DNA of 59,528 nt, the filler included, from Sphacelaria rigidula (taxonomy: Eukaryota): NCBI GenBank assembly GCA_964200075.2. It is 6 parts of 6 records of this genome, joined end to end, with 100 filler letters (N's around TTAATTAATTAA, not from the genome) between each part and the next. Parts side by side here need not be neighbours in the genome. Positions count along the whole stretch, not along the records: positions 19,878 to 29,715 come from CAXNAA020007657.1; positions 29,816 to 39,653 come from CAXNAA020007658.1; positions 39,754 to 49,591 come from CAXNAA020007659.1; 3 more parts are not named here. The stretch is one strand, 5' to 3'. Position 1 is the first letter of the stretch; every line of letters begins with the position of its first letter. This document shows positions 27,245 to 39,822 of the stretch, one piece after another. The notes beneath the pieces are model-generated. The model searched no databases, had not been told where the DNA came from, and was given only the letters and a program-made list of their open reading frames with translations. The position numbers and the translations under genes are program-made.

Positions 27245-28339
27245 AAATGACCATACCACACACCAAGGATAGAGGTTGAGGACTGAGTGCACCGTACACT
27301 CCGGAGACGACTTCGACCGGCGCAAAACCGAATATGTGAGTCATGTTGGAGGAAATTCGTGCTGCGGACTACTGCTAGTCCCCGTGAAACATAAGCACAC
27401 GAACGGAACGTTGAGGCGCTCAGCAAGAGCTGGTGGTGACTAGGACTTTGTCGCGATCGGAAATATGGAGCCAACTGCTACGGTATGTACAACAATACTT
27501 GTAGTCATCGTTGTGTTTTGTACCTCTGTGGATGTATCTTGGAATATTCTGTGTACAGTGGTGCAGAGCAGTGGGTACCATGTGGTCGGTTTGTACAGTA
27601 AACCGTGCGCTTTCTTTCACTTTTTTGTCCCTCATTGCTTGCGACCCGTAAAGTTTACCAGCTTCAGTAGACGTGCAGGAGCATGACAATGCTGTTTGTT
27701 GATGCGTCGGTTTGGATATTAGGTGTACATGATATTGAATTGTTGACTATTATCTGGAGTTCGAAAGCTCCGGGCTGGGTGTAGAGTTTATTTTTTTATT
27801 TGGGCCTGCGAACAGGAGGAAAAGTCATCCGGTTGATCGAGATCTGTTGGATTTCAAAATGTTGGTCCAGAGAGCTAATGGACTTTGGATATTCACACCT
27901 ATGCACAACAGAGTAGGAGGGGTCGTGTAGAGGTACAGCTCGCCAGCGTACTGACGAATTAGCGCGCTGGCGAGGCTGTGCAAACGGAGGATGTGACGCG
28001 TCGTGGAGCGGACCTACCGGTCCCCGCCCCACGACAGAGCTGCCTGCGGACAGCTGCGCCTAGCCACCGTCGCCGAAAGCTTGGTACACGAAGCCTGAGG
28101 AGTAGAAAGGCGAGAAAACTCCACGTTAGCAAGCACCAACGCCGACAAGGAGGTGAATACGGTGTAGGCGGGGAGTGCTATGCCCCGCCCATTCGAACCA
28201 AGGAACGAACTGGGCCAGGCTGAGGTGGATAGGAAAAAGGAAGACAGCGGCTTGGAAGAAATGAAGGATAAGTCAACCCCTACGTGTGGTGGACCGAACG
28301 AGACGAGTGAGCATCAAGGCAAAGGCACGCGTGGGCGAG

Positions 28340-29105
28340 CTGACTGTGGGTACCTTCAACGTCTGCACACTCGCTGACAGAGGCAAGAACCCCATCGACC
28401 ACAACACTAAAACCGTCGTCCAAATCTATTCCAAAACCGGCTGTGACGTCATCGGACTCTAAAGGACCAGACGTGGGGGGCAAGGCTCAATCACCTACAT
28501 GGGGTGCGTGGTGATGTGGAGCGGAGCGCCTGCTGGGACAAAGGAAAAGCAAGGAGAGCATGAGGTGGGGTTTGCGATCCAGCAGGCTGTCTGGGATGGA
28601 CAGGATAATGGAGACAGAGTAGTAGAATGCATTAGCCCGACACTGATGAAGGTACGCCTGCAGCTCGGAACGTCGAACGGAGCGCCTTTCTTGTCTGGAT
28701 ACGCGCCTACATAGAGCAGTGATACCAGTGCCGAAGACCAGTTCTGGAAAGCAGAAGACGCCGCGATTCGGTAGGTGCCTCGCGGTGACCGTCTTGTGGC
28801 CATGATGGACGCCAATGCTCAGACGGGTAGGAGAGGAGATGGCTGTAGTGATGCCAAGGTACTTGGGAGCGTACGGGTGCGATTCACTGAATGACAACGG
28901 GTAACGACTGCTCTGCTTCGCCGGGGACGACAAACTCTCCGTCGCCACCACGTTCTTTAGCACACCCAAGGGCGGAGCCTCACACACGTTCCAACAAGCC
29001 AACAGCGGGAAGGAACAGCATCGCCTTGACTACATAGCCATTCGACAAGCGGACCTGAGACTTGTACACAACGTTTTAGTACGGGGCGTTGAGCTCAAGG
29101 ACTCC
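28340..29105 (+). pseudogene. Apurinic-endonuclease (APE) domain of an RTE-type LINE, degenerate
   Basis: LTVGTFNV..DVIGL*..EVGFAI..LMKVRL..GYAPT..MDANA..NDNG*RLL..TFFS..HRLDYI; several stops and frameshifts; no RT follows. Confidence 0.9.
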
Positions 29106-29639
29106 ACACATCGGACAGCTCATGAAGTATTAATACCTAGATATCACTTCTTATTTGTGTACCGATCCGAACCATGAGCTAGCTCATTTGGTCCCTTTTT
29201 CCGTATTTGCCCCCTACAGCGATAGACGCCGTGCATGCGGAGTAGCGCAAAGGTAGAGCTCTGGCTTCTCGGACCCCGCTGTCACGTATTTTGTGTTCTT
29301 GGACAAGAGATCTGAGAGTTCTCATCAAGTAGTTGTTTTAGATAGCTCATGAGCAATCCGACGTGTGAAAGACTCAGACCATAACCTCCTGTACGCCGTT
29401 GTTCCACTTCGCCACCGAACGACCTCAAACCGACACAAGAGAAGCAGCGACAACAGCGGCGGATGCGCCACCATCACCCTCGAACGGCAGAAGGGGGAGG
29501 GTATCCTCCGGATTGAATTCCAGCATCGGATCCTTTGCTCCTCCACCATCACCATGCGAGGATCGACGGCGGCGAGATGGTCGCGGCGCTCACCGGATAC
29601 CGTGTTATCTGCAGCCGCGAAGACCCCCCCCCCCCCGGA

Positions 29640-29715
29640 CTAGGATGCTCCGTCTCGAAAGGGATGCGTGGTCAATGGTCAAACGACTAAGGCAAGCAAC
29701 ACATGAGAACGCCCC
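29640..29715 (-). mobile_element. 3' end of a high-copy element with Helitron-like terminus (hairpin TCCCTTTCGAGACGGA then GCATCCTAG|T)
   Basis: The same ~65-bp segment recurs at 39754-39822, 21750-21800 and ~33752-33795. Two copies sit at contig ends. Confidence 0.55.
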
Positions 29716-30059
29716 NNNNNNNNNNNNNNNNNNNNNNNNNNNNNNNNNNNNNNNNNNNNTTAATTAATTAANNNNNNNNNNNNNNNNNNNNNNNNNNNNN
29801 NNNNNNNNNNNNNNNGACCAATCAGCGGTCGTTTTTCAAAAAGGGGATTTTGAAAAAGGGGATTATCCCCTTCGTTACGACAGGCCCTTAGGGTTAGCGT
29901 TATTGTCAGTTTGTTCGAAAAAATCAATAATAGATATACCACCAAAACTTTAGGTCGTCTCACTGGGGACTGTCCGCTCCTACTAAAGATCAAAATCTTG
30001 GTGTTCACGCTCAAATAAAACGACCATGGGACCAATAGCTGCGAACTGGGATAAACTAT

Positions 30060-30166
30060 CACACTCTGGACAACGCATGGTCAATAGTAACAAGAGGCCT
30101 ATACTTTACGCAGTACATTTTTTGCCTGTTGCAACTTTTGATCATGTATTTTTTGTCTAGGGTGTG
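30060..30166. mobile_element. Small MITE with CACAC(C/T)CT(G/A)GACA TIRs and an 8-bp TSD
   Basis: TAAACTAT|CACACTCTGGACA...TGTCTAGGGTGTG|CAAACTAT; a related right end lies at ~10095-10150. Confidence 0.7.
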
Positions 30167-30879
30167 CAAACTATACTGCAGGCCACACACCATTTCCGTC
30201 GAAGGGTTGATGTAATTATGAATCCTGAGACTTGATTTGGATACGTCGTCCCTTCCTCTCAGATGAACTGGTATGATCCGAGTCAGACCCACTCTTATCA
30301 TGGACCGTTCTGAAGAACACTCCTGGGGCTTGCTTGTTGAATTGTATTCGAACCATCAACCGCTGGATTTCGGGACAATGCGCACGACATTCAGCCGAAC
30401 AGCTCGCGTTAACTGATAAAGGGATGTGTGTATGTGTTTCCATGGCGCGACCTAATTGCAGGTGGGGTACACATGTACGAGCGTACAGGCGGCGAACACC
30501 TCCAAAGCCAAATCCGCAAGAAACCCTACTCGTTGAGCATCAACTCTGTGCGTGCGGCTGTGTTTACCTGGATGTCACATACGTGCGTGTGCGTTGTCAA
30601 GGTGTGGATGCCCATGTGTGTGCGTGCGTGTGTGCCATCCCACCTACTTGGGACGACCACTTCCCCCCCCCCCATCCCCCCCAAAATCTCTGAATTCTCA
30701 AAAACAAAAAAAGAAGCTGGCGTTGGCCTTTTATTTTAGCGATATGTTTTGGGAACAGTCAGGTGAAAAATACCCGAATTTTTCGGGAAAAAAACTGAAA
30801 AGACCTGGAAAAAGCTGTTATGACATTTGAGGGGATGTGTCCCGCTTCCCGAACCAGCTTCACAGTGATCCGTGGCAGA

Positions 30880-31100
30880 AGACAGCTCTTCTCAACCCGG
30901 CTTCACGGCCATGTCGTGCGCGAGACGGCGTATGAAGGCTGAGGACACCACCCTCGAACATATGAGGAAGCCTGAACGGTGGTTGTTATCTGTGTTACTG
31001 CGGCCGTCGACCGAGGAGCAGGCAGAGTTAAACGACTACGATGAGCAAGATCTGTCGCTGCCTCCGCGCCGATTTGGTATCGTTCCTTCGACATCTGTGA
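30880..31100 (+). pseudogene. Possible fragment of a CRE/RLE-type non-LTR RT C-terminal region
   Basis: CARRRMKAEDTTLE...EQDLSLPPRRFGIVPST resembles the QAxLxxxxGGLGLxS motif; short and decayed. Confidence 0.25.
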
Positions 31101-31394
31101 TTTTTTTGCATTAATATGAGAAAAAAACATCAGGAGGTGAAAATGTTCCCGAGAAGGAGTGGCAGCATTGTGCGATGACCATATTCTCAACCGATGCAGC
31201 GCATAACATGCATTCGTCCGCCGGCACTGTTGCGTCAACACCTAACCCGCGACCTCGACCTACACGTAAAATATCTTAGCATCATCAGACGCCGGGTGGG
31301 CTGTGTTTGGACGCTCAACCTCCCAAAACATGGCCTCCATATACATGAAAATGACCAACCCTGAGGCCGTGTTTTAGCTCATTATTTTTCTATC

Positions 31395-31930
31395 GAAAGA
31401 GTGTGGTGGAAAACGAGAATTCCGATCTGATAAACCGTGATTTCAACCATCGTCAACACAAACTACCAGAGTTGAAATCCCCATCTATCAGATCGGAGCT
31501 TTCCTTTTTCACCGCACATTTTCGATCGAACAAGTGCGGTGGAAAACAAAAATCCCGATCTGATGGGCCATGATTTCAACCATCTTCGAAAATTGACGAC
31601 GATGGATGAAATTACAATTCATCAGATCGGGATTTTTGTTTTTCACCGCACGTTTTCGATCGGCAAATCATGTGCTAAGACATGTCCTAAGGCCGTGTCT
31701 TATAAAAAAAAAATCGTGTCGAAAACGTACGGTGGAATCGAATTTGCTCTTACCTGATACGTCCACGGTGTCCATGTTCTCAACCATGTGATAAAATAAA
31801 GAGCGTGCGCGAATCAGAAACGAGGGAATTCGATTCAACCGCACGTTTTCGACACAAAAACAATTTGATAAGACATGGCCTAATACACGCCCGGAGCGTA
31901 GCCTTTTCGATCGAAAACATGCGGCGGAAA
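31395..31930. repeat. Palindromic repeat cluster (TTTCGATCGAAA...GTGGAAAA..CCCGATCTGAT...TTTCAACCATC / GATGGTTGAAA...)
   Basis: ~140-bp hairpin units; homologous clusters at 37205-37770, 38020-38185 and 49950-50220. Confidence 0.8.
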
Positions 31931-32997
31931 GGCATGACGGGTAACCTGACCTCCATCTTGTGGATCATCACGCCAGATACCACCGGTTTACAGAGCCACG
32001 CAGACCCCACAAAATCCATTCTCAGCTACCCCCGCAACCCTGCAGCATAGAGCACGGGTTGAGCACAGGGACACATACACTGAAGTAGTTGGGACCGGCA
32101 CCTTCACCCTCCTGGCACGAGGTATTTCTTCATTGTTGGCGAAAACGTGAGCATCTTATTTCATGATAAAGTTCGGCGACGGAAATCACGTGGTGGGGTG
32201 AGCGACCGAAAACTGTGGGCACGCTCATGGACAGGAAGTACAGGAAGCACGAAACTGTATTCGTACGCCGTTTAAAACCCTTTACACATCCTGCTGCATG
32301 CAGAGAGCACAGATAGTCCTGCGCTGTCTGTACTGGATGCTGCCCCCTTCTTTTGTCAAATCCCAATGGGATTTGTTTCCCTGCTTCGAGAGAACCAACG
32401 GAGGCAGCTCGAGCAGAGGGTACACCACGGAAACGGTGGCCCCTCCGCTTGGCCTCCACCACGATCCATCTTCCCTTTACTCAGTAGTTGCTGCGGAGAT
32501 GGCGCGGCACTACGCACTCGACACCCACGTCGGGCAGAATGAGAGACCGAAAATACGTTAAAATCGCGGACCAGCACGCTTGATACGCCTGGTATGCTTG
32601 TACGTACGGCTGTCCCTCGAGAGGTCGAAAGATGGAACGTTGCGATTCTTAGTTTTTTGGTTGGTGGTCTTTGGGGCCTTGAGTTTCGCCTGTAGTCGGA
32701 CCCTATGTTCACTTCTACTTGACCTTGCGTGTCGAGTTGGAAAGCCAGGTGCCACCCCCTGAAGTCCGAATGGCCATCTGCGGCACCGGATCTTCTGAGG
32801 TTAGCCATATGTATTCTCTTTCTTCTTTACAATTTATTCCTGTTTAGCTTGAGTAGCATTTTGTGAGTTTTAACCTGGGTCTATTTTTTTTTTCCTCATA
32901 CCTTATCATAGGTAGCTAGCCTGTGACCACGGAAGGCGTCCGCATCAGATGCCCAGTACGAATGTACCGCACAGATATCGGAAGACAACATCATCAT

Positions 32998-32998
32998 C

Positions 32999-33045
<47 letters not shown>
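32998..33045 (+). repeat. (CAA)16 microsatellite preceded by (CAT)3
   Basis: Read directly from the sequence. Confidence 0.95.
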
Positions 33046-33047
<2 letters not shown>

Positions 33048-33977
33048 CAAAAACAGCACGAAATATGAAAAACAATGTTTCTCCGGCTTTCACATGATGA
33101 ATACGAGACGGATCCAAACAACCGAGCACGCGTCAACTTTTGACCGTTCGTTCAACGAGTTCATCAGCTGGCCAAAGAAAAAACAACGGCCACGCGGACG
33201 CGAACAGGTGCCCCGGAAACCGTTCACAGACTCCTTACCCTGCGGAAAGCGTTCCACTTCGGGTGTTGAAATCCTGCCACTCCTTCTCTCGGGCTCAAAA
33301 CGACGGGGAGGGACCAAGCAAGCACTTTGCCGATATGAGGATTTTTCTGCTGACGAGCAGCGGCTCAACAAATCACGTTTATCCCGCGTCCATCAAGAGG
33401 AACACGAGTAGTAGCAAGCATCCTTCACTGGTCATTTTTCTCGGAAAGAGAAGAAAAAAAAAGTTGTTGCGATGCATTCAGCTTTCCACTCCTCTTCATT
33501 TATTCTTGTAATTTCTGTCGCTAGTGCACTGTGCTGTACTTTCATGAAAGGCCGTGTGTTGACCCCTTAACCCCCAGGGTAGGTCATCTGTTGAGTCGAT
33601 ATTACACATGACCGACCCCGGTGGCCGAAGGGTGAACAGAAGAAGAAAAAAGAGGGTGATTTCGTGAGAGTGCTGGTGAAATAGCCGATCACATCTTCAC
33701 TATCGCAAGATATCACGCGGCGTTTCAAGTTAGGGGGGGGCGTAGTCATTTGCAGCTTGCCCTAGTCGTTTTGACCATTGATCACGCCATCCAATCTACG
33801 GAGGAAAATTAATTATACTGAAAATGCAACGCAATGCTGGCGATGGGAATAAAGCCAGCGTGACTACCGCAGGGGATGAGAAAGTCAGCTGTGCACCCAA
33901 TAAAGAGCCGAACAGCTCTATTGTGAAGCGGGTGGCTCGATGCAGCAGTTGCTTGCCAAAAAACACCGGCGTTAGGC

Positions 33978-36731
33978 CGTGTCCTAGCACTCTTTCTTTC
34001 GATCCAAAAAGTGCAATCGTTTCCTTCTGCCGATCTGGTTGGTCCACCGCATTCATGTTCCCACAACGCTTCAACTCAAAATTATAACTAGCGGCGCGCA
34101 GAGGAGAATGCAACGAGGTATAACACAAATCGCTTTCGATCGAAAGCATGCGGTCGAAAGGCACGAAGCGGCACTTCACTCCTATCTTACAGACCACCAC
34201 GCCAAATAACACCTTTTCACAGAAACATGCAAACTCCGTCCAACCGATTCTAAGCTGCCACCGCAACCCTCCAGCATAGAGGACGAGTTGAGCACAGGGG
34301 TAGGTACACTGCAGTAGTCGGGTGTGCTGCGCACCACACATAACCAATTCACCGGTATATGACGTCATTATTCAATGGATAATGACCTATATTTAAAGCT
34401 CGGAAATGGTACGAGTTATCACTGGCCATTGTCATTATAATGGTATTAATGGTAATGGGATGTATGAAATTCCGGATAATGGTTTCAAACCCTTTTTTAC
34501 CGTTACCGGCTACGTATCCTAAATACAGCCCTTGAAAATTGGCCAAAAGTGAACGTATTCTTAAGCTCTCGTGAAGCCAAATCGTATAAAAACGTACCTG
34601 CCGCACGGTGGGGCCCTCCGGGGGCGTCTCCGGCGGGGTACCCTCTACGAGGAGGGCGTTTTGGCTCGCGGCTGCGCCGCTTGATGACCAAACCATTATG
34701 TACCATTTAACTGGTTAATGAGTGCGCTACGCGTAACCATTCTACTGGTTAATAGTTAGACATACCAATTCCGAGCTTTACCTATAATACATACCCCATC
34801 ATGTACCGTACCCCGGAACGGCAACAGCCGATACAATGTCGGTCCCAATTTCCGATACGGTGGGGCATACTACATCGATGCGAAATATCCATGGTTCGGA
34901 CGAATCATCGCCGGTTCGAATCACCAAATCCACGATTTTTCAGTCGTGATTGCTCGGAAGAGGGGGAAAAGTCGACCGATGGTCACAAAGGTTCCCACGC
35001 AACTTTTGCACCATTCCGCGTACCCGGGCCGCTGAAAACGAAGCCCAAGAGTTGATTCATACGGTACGAGTCATACATTCGTCTGAGCCATAGAAATATT
35101 GGTGTATATCGGTACCGATGAACAACCCCATCCATTTCCACGTGAAATTTGATGGTAAGTGTTTCGCTCCTTTAACGGGACATCCCGTGGGAACGGCACG
35201 GAACGTCCCGAAAAGTGTGACGAGAAGAAGACACAAACTTTCCGTGAGGGCGCGGTGGGAATGGGGAAACCGAAAAGAAGGTGGAATGGGACAGATTTTT
35301 TTTTCTCATTGCCATTAATAAAAAAAAGTGACCCGACGGGACTTGAAACTTGGGGATATGCTGGCATGGGATCGGACGGGGAGTACCGCGCCGAGGAAAC
35401 ATCCGCACGTGACAGGAAAATCTGTCCCGTCCGGTCACGCGAGTGTTTCCCTCCGTGAAACGCCCTGAATTTCACGAATTTGCTCCTACACCAGATTGAT
35501 TCCACGAAGCTGCACGGAACCCAGCGGAGAAAAACAGCGACATCCGCAATCACTTTTTACAGCGATGTAAATAAGAGCCACATTCTTGCAGTAGTAATTT
35601 CGTGATTTCCGTTTCGCCGTCATAGGCGGGGTATTCCCTCCCATGTTTCCGCTTCGGACAGGAACGAGAGGCTGACAAAAATCGTGACGTTGCAGTTAAT
35701 CCATCGAAGTCGGTTAACAAGTCGAAGTCGGGTTATTTCCCCTCCCTGATACTTGTGTTGGGACGGGGAAAAAAAAACGAAAAAAACGGACGGAAATCGG
35801 AAATATGACAGGGAGTAACCCGACCCGCAAAAGGTTATAGCCGGCATTACAGTTCATTTTCAGCTTCATGATTCCCGAGCGTTTTGAATAGTTTTCAAGT
35901 AGGGTCTGCCCCACAAACGGACAAAGGGGGGAAATTCCGGGATTTTTTGCATCCTCCCCTAAAAATCTCTTCTGGCGACTTCCCATTTCCCCTGGTGAAA
36001 CGCCCCGCGCATCTGCACACCGGGATATGAACACGCAGGGACTCGCGCCCGCGTTACGAAAACCACCCCTTCCTACCGTTCCATCGGATGTCAGGTGGTT
36101 CAGCATGAAAGGCCCATTCCAAAGCCTGGTACGCATCCCATGTCTAGAGAAATCTACACGAGTCCGACATGGCATAGCTGAAACATCATGGATACAGCAG
36201 TTTCGTGCGGTCATGTGTCGATGTCCGTCTCGTACGGCACGGGTCTGGAGGGCTTCACGGTCCAAAGTATATTATATGGTAGACAACCAATTGGAGGGAC
36301 AATAAGAGAGAAACAAAAAACACACTCCTATGGTGCGTTCCCACCTTTGTTGCTTGCTTGGTTAAAACAGGCCCTAGGGGCGTGTCTCAGCACTCTTTCT
36401 TTCGATCCAAAAAGTGCAATCGTTTCTTTCTGCCGATCTGGTTGGTCCACCGCATTCATGTTCCCACAACGCTTCAACTCAAAATTATAACTAGCGGCGC
36501 GCGGAGAAGAATGCAACGAGGTAAAAAACAAATCGCTTCCGATCGAAAACATGCGGTCGAAAGGCACGAAGCGGCACTTCACTCCTATCTTACAGACCAC
36601 CACGCCAAATAACACCTCTTTACAAAAACATGCAAACTCCGTCCAACCGATTCTAAGCTGCCACCGCAACCCTCCAACATAGAGCACGAGTTGAGCACAG
36701 GGATAGGTACACTGCAGTAGTCGGCTGTGCT
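33978..36731 (+). repeat. ~350-bp direct repeats (33978-34328 and 36381-36731) separated by nested MITE-like insertions
   Basis: Near-identical sequence CACTCTTTCTTTCGATCCAAAAAGTGCAATC...ACACTGCAGTAGTCGG in both copies. Confidence 0.9.
34394..34780. mobile_element. hAT-type MITE, copy 1
   Basis: TIR TAAAGCTCGGAA(A/T)TGGTA; 8-bp TSD CCTATATT/CCTATAAT; homolog at 51120-51514. Confidence 0.85.
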
Positions 36732-39700
36732 TTGTTTATTTTCTGTTGGCGGAAACTTGCGCCTCTTCTCTAATGGTAGGCATCAGCGACGGAACTGCGT
36801 GGTACGGTGGGCAACCGAGTTGCGTGCACGCTAATGGACAGTGCAGGCAGCACAAAGCTGCACGCTGTATGAAGTTCTCTTCACGTCGCATTGGAAGCAT
36901 GGAGAACTGATAGTCCTGGGCTGTCTACACTGCACATTGCCCGCTTCCCCTTCATATCCTCCTGTACGAAACACGCACACACGCACTCAGGACACTGCTT
37001 GCAAGCAGTGCAGACAGTACAGACTGACTGAACTGTGTGTACACAAGTGACCGTGTGCCGTTTCACGAATTTTGATGTCTTTTTTCGATTTAAAGCTTGG
37101 AAATCCATCTGGGCGCAACTGCACCGAAACGAGAGATTTTCGCTCAAATCGATTCCACCGCCCGTTTTTTCGATCGAAAAAATAAGCGCTGACGGCCCGT
37201 CTTGACACATTAGTTTTCGATCAAATTTGTGCGGTGGAAAGCAAAAATCTCGATTTGATAGATCGTAATTTCAATCGTTAGTTTTGAAAATGGTCGAATT
37301 CGGGGCCTATCAGATCGGGATTTCTGCTGTCTACCCGCACCTTTTCGATCGAAATATGATGTGCTCAAGACAGGGCCTGAAAGCTCACATCATCGCATAA
37401 AAAGCGTAAATGCGAACATATGCTCATGCCGTGACTCCGAATCTTCGCAAGCATATGCGTCATCAAGATTATTTTTCCCCGACAGGCCGTGAAAGAGCCA
37501 ATGATTTAAACCCTTTGACCCGCATGGTGGGTCATTTGTTGAATCGACCTCACTTTCACAGCAATAATGATGCATGAGGGCTTGTCTTGAGCTCATTTGC
37601 TTCCGATCGAAATTGCGCGGTGGAAAGCGAAAATCCCGATCCGATAGGTCGTAATTTCAACCATCGACGTGAATTTTAAAGATGGTTGCAATTATGACCT
37701 ATCAGGTCGGAATTTTTGCTTTCCACCGCGCAATTTCCATCGAAAGCTGTTGTGCTGAGACAGGGTCTGATCACGATGACCTACTCTGGCGGCCAAAGGA
37801 TCAAGCCACCGATCTTTTCAAGTTTCGCAACGTCCCAGAGTATGCGCGTACGACGTTTCAGAGTCCGACCCCAGATAACACGTGGAGGAAAATCGGAAGA
37901 TCCCAATCGTCGAAACTTACGTTTTGGCCCACAGTAATGTGTCGAAAGGTCAACACTCTTAGCCCCTAGACTGCGACCCCCTCTCACGCCGGCGACCCCC
38001 TCTCACGCCGCGTTTTCGCGAATTACTCTTCGACGGAAAAAGAGCGGCGGAAAACAAAAACTTCGATCTGAGAGGTCGGGAAAAATCTTAATTTACGCCC
38101 ACACCATTTATATCGACACGGCGACTCATCAGATTAGATTCCTTTAGCAACTTTTCGATTGCAAAAATTTCATCAAGACATGCCCTCCGATAGACTGAGA
38201 TGGACTATGTTCACATTAGGGGTTCAGAGCAGCTATTTCCTCAATACACAAAACGCCTTTTCCCGCGAACACGCGGATGTTGGGCATCGATATAGAAAAC
38301 AGTCCCGCAGAACCCCTGACCTGTTTTGACCGTGCAGTCAATTGCGTGCAGAGACAGGACGTGTGCTGTATATCTTTGCTAGATAGAGCGGCAAGAAACA
38401 GTCAGCTTGCCATCGCTTTCCACTGAACACAATCTGTTGCATGCTCACGTCTCCGCTCAGGCTGTTTTTTAATGAGACAAGAGAGGTGAGAGTGCGCTGT
38501 GAGAGCAAGATTGATTATGGCGGTTATGGCGTTTCTTTGCACTGGGCTCACCATGATTATGAGCGGAAATGAGTTTCGACTAATCAAAGTATTGCAATAC
38601 ATCAAAATGCGGCGAACTTTTTTCAATCAGATGAGAAAAACGAGTGGAATATGAGTCAAAAAGTAGCCTTGATTGGCCCGCACATTGTGCCGCTGCGAGA
38701 CAGACAGCTGCTACCATCAATAAACGAGAACATAGAAGATCCGTGTTGGCCCAGTGTGTTTGTCCTAACCTGCACGCGCCCGCCTTGCGTGTCTTTCCAG
38801 ATCACGGCACCTAAACATAACTGAAGTACGAGAGAAGACGGAACAGACAGCTAAACAGCGGTCACGTGACGATTGTTTCACCTCTTTTTTGTTTGGACAA
38901 CACTTTGATCCCACCCCAATTTTGCGCAGACCGAAACACAGCATGCAGCAGTACAACTGCTCAGGCACTCTCCAGCGCACATCGCACCGCGATCGTCGTA
39001 TAGTGTTTGGATGTGCAACAGCACAGCGACAACTACAGCATAGAAATGATGGGTTTGGGAAGCGCCTTGTTCGTTTGACTCGAGACGAAACAGCCAACAT
39101 ACTACGGAGGTTTCAACGGTGTGTAGAGAGCACGGCGTGCCGACAACATTATTTTTCATAGAGACGAACGGAATGACAATATAAAGCAACTGAGGCCGTC
39201 ACAGCGGAGATCAAGCCGTCTCCGCAAAGGCCTGAAGACGCCACAGCGCAGCGACAGCTACAGCACACGAGACAGGGCATGAGTGTGTTCGTGCTGCAGC
39301 ACAGTGATACAGGACATACATTAGTCAGCGTCAGAAGTCCGTAATTCCTTAGTTTCTCAAAGATTGTCCACATTTGTTTTGCTTGCTACCACTCATCACA
39401 GTGACCGGAGATATTTTATGCCTCTCGACAAATATTGAAAGAAAAAATATTTGCCATCAATAATGAGTGACTTACGGGCATGACCAATCTTCGGGGGTCC
39501 TGCGGAAATACGACCCCAGGCTCTTAGCTTTTCGGCATTTTTGGTGGACCGAATCGATCCGGATCATATAAATGAAGACTCAAATATGATTGTTTTTTTT
39601 AAATTCCACCTGGTCACTGCGCTAGAGCAGGAAAACTATGTTTCTTGGACCATNNNNNNNNNNNNNNNNNNNNNNNNNNNNNNNNNNNNNNNNNNNNTTA

Positions 39701-39822
39701 ATTAATTAANNNNNNNNNNNNNNNNNNNNNNNNNNNNNNNNNNNNNNNNNNNNGCGTACTCTTTTGTTGCTTGCCTTAGTCATTTGACCATTGACCACGC
39801 ATCCCTTTCGAGACGGAGCAAT

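Noticed and set aside
32923..33411. 162-aa poly-Q ORF
   Set aside because: It arises from a CAA microsatellite next to a probable LINE fragment (PYPAE..GEGP..ADMRI in another frame); there is no gene evidence.
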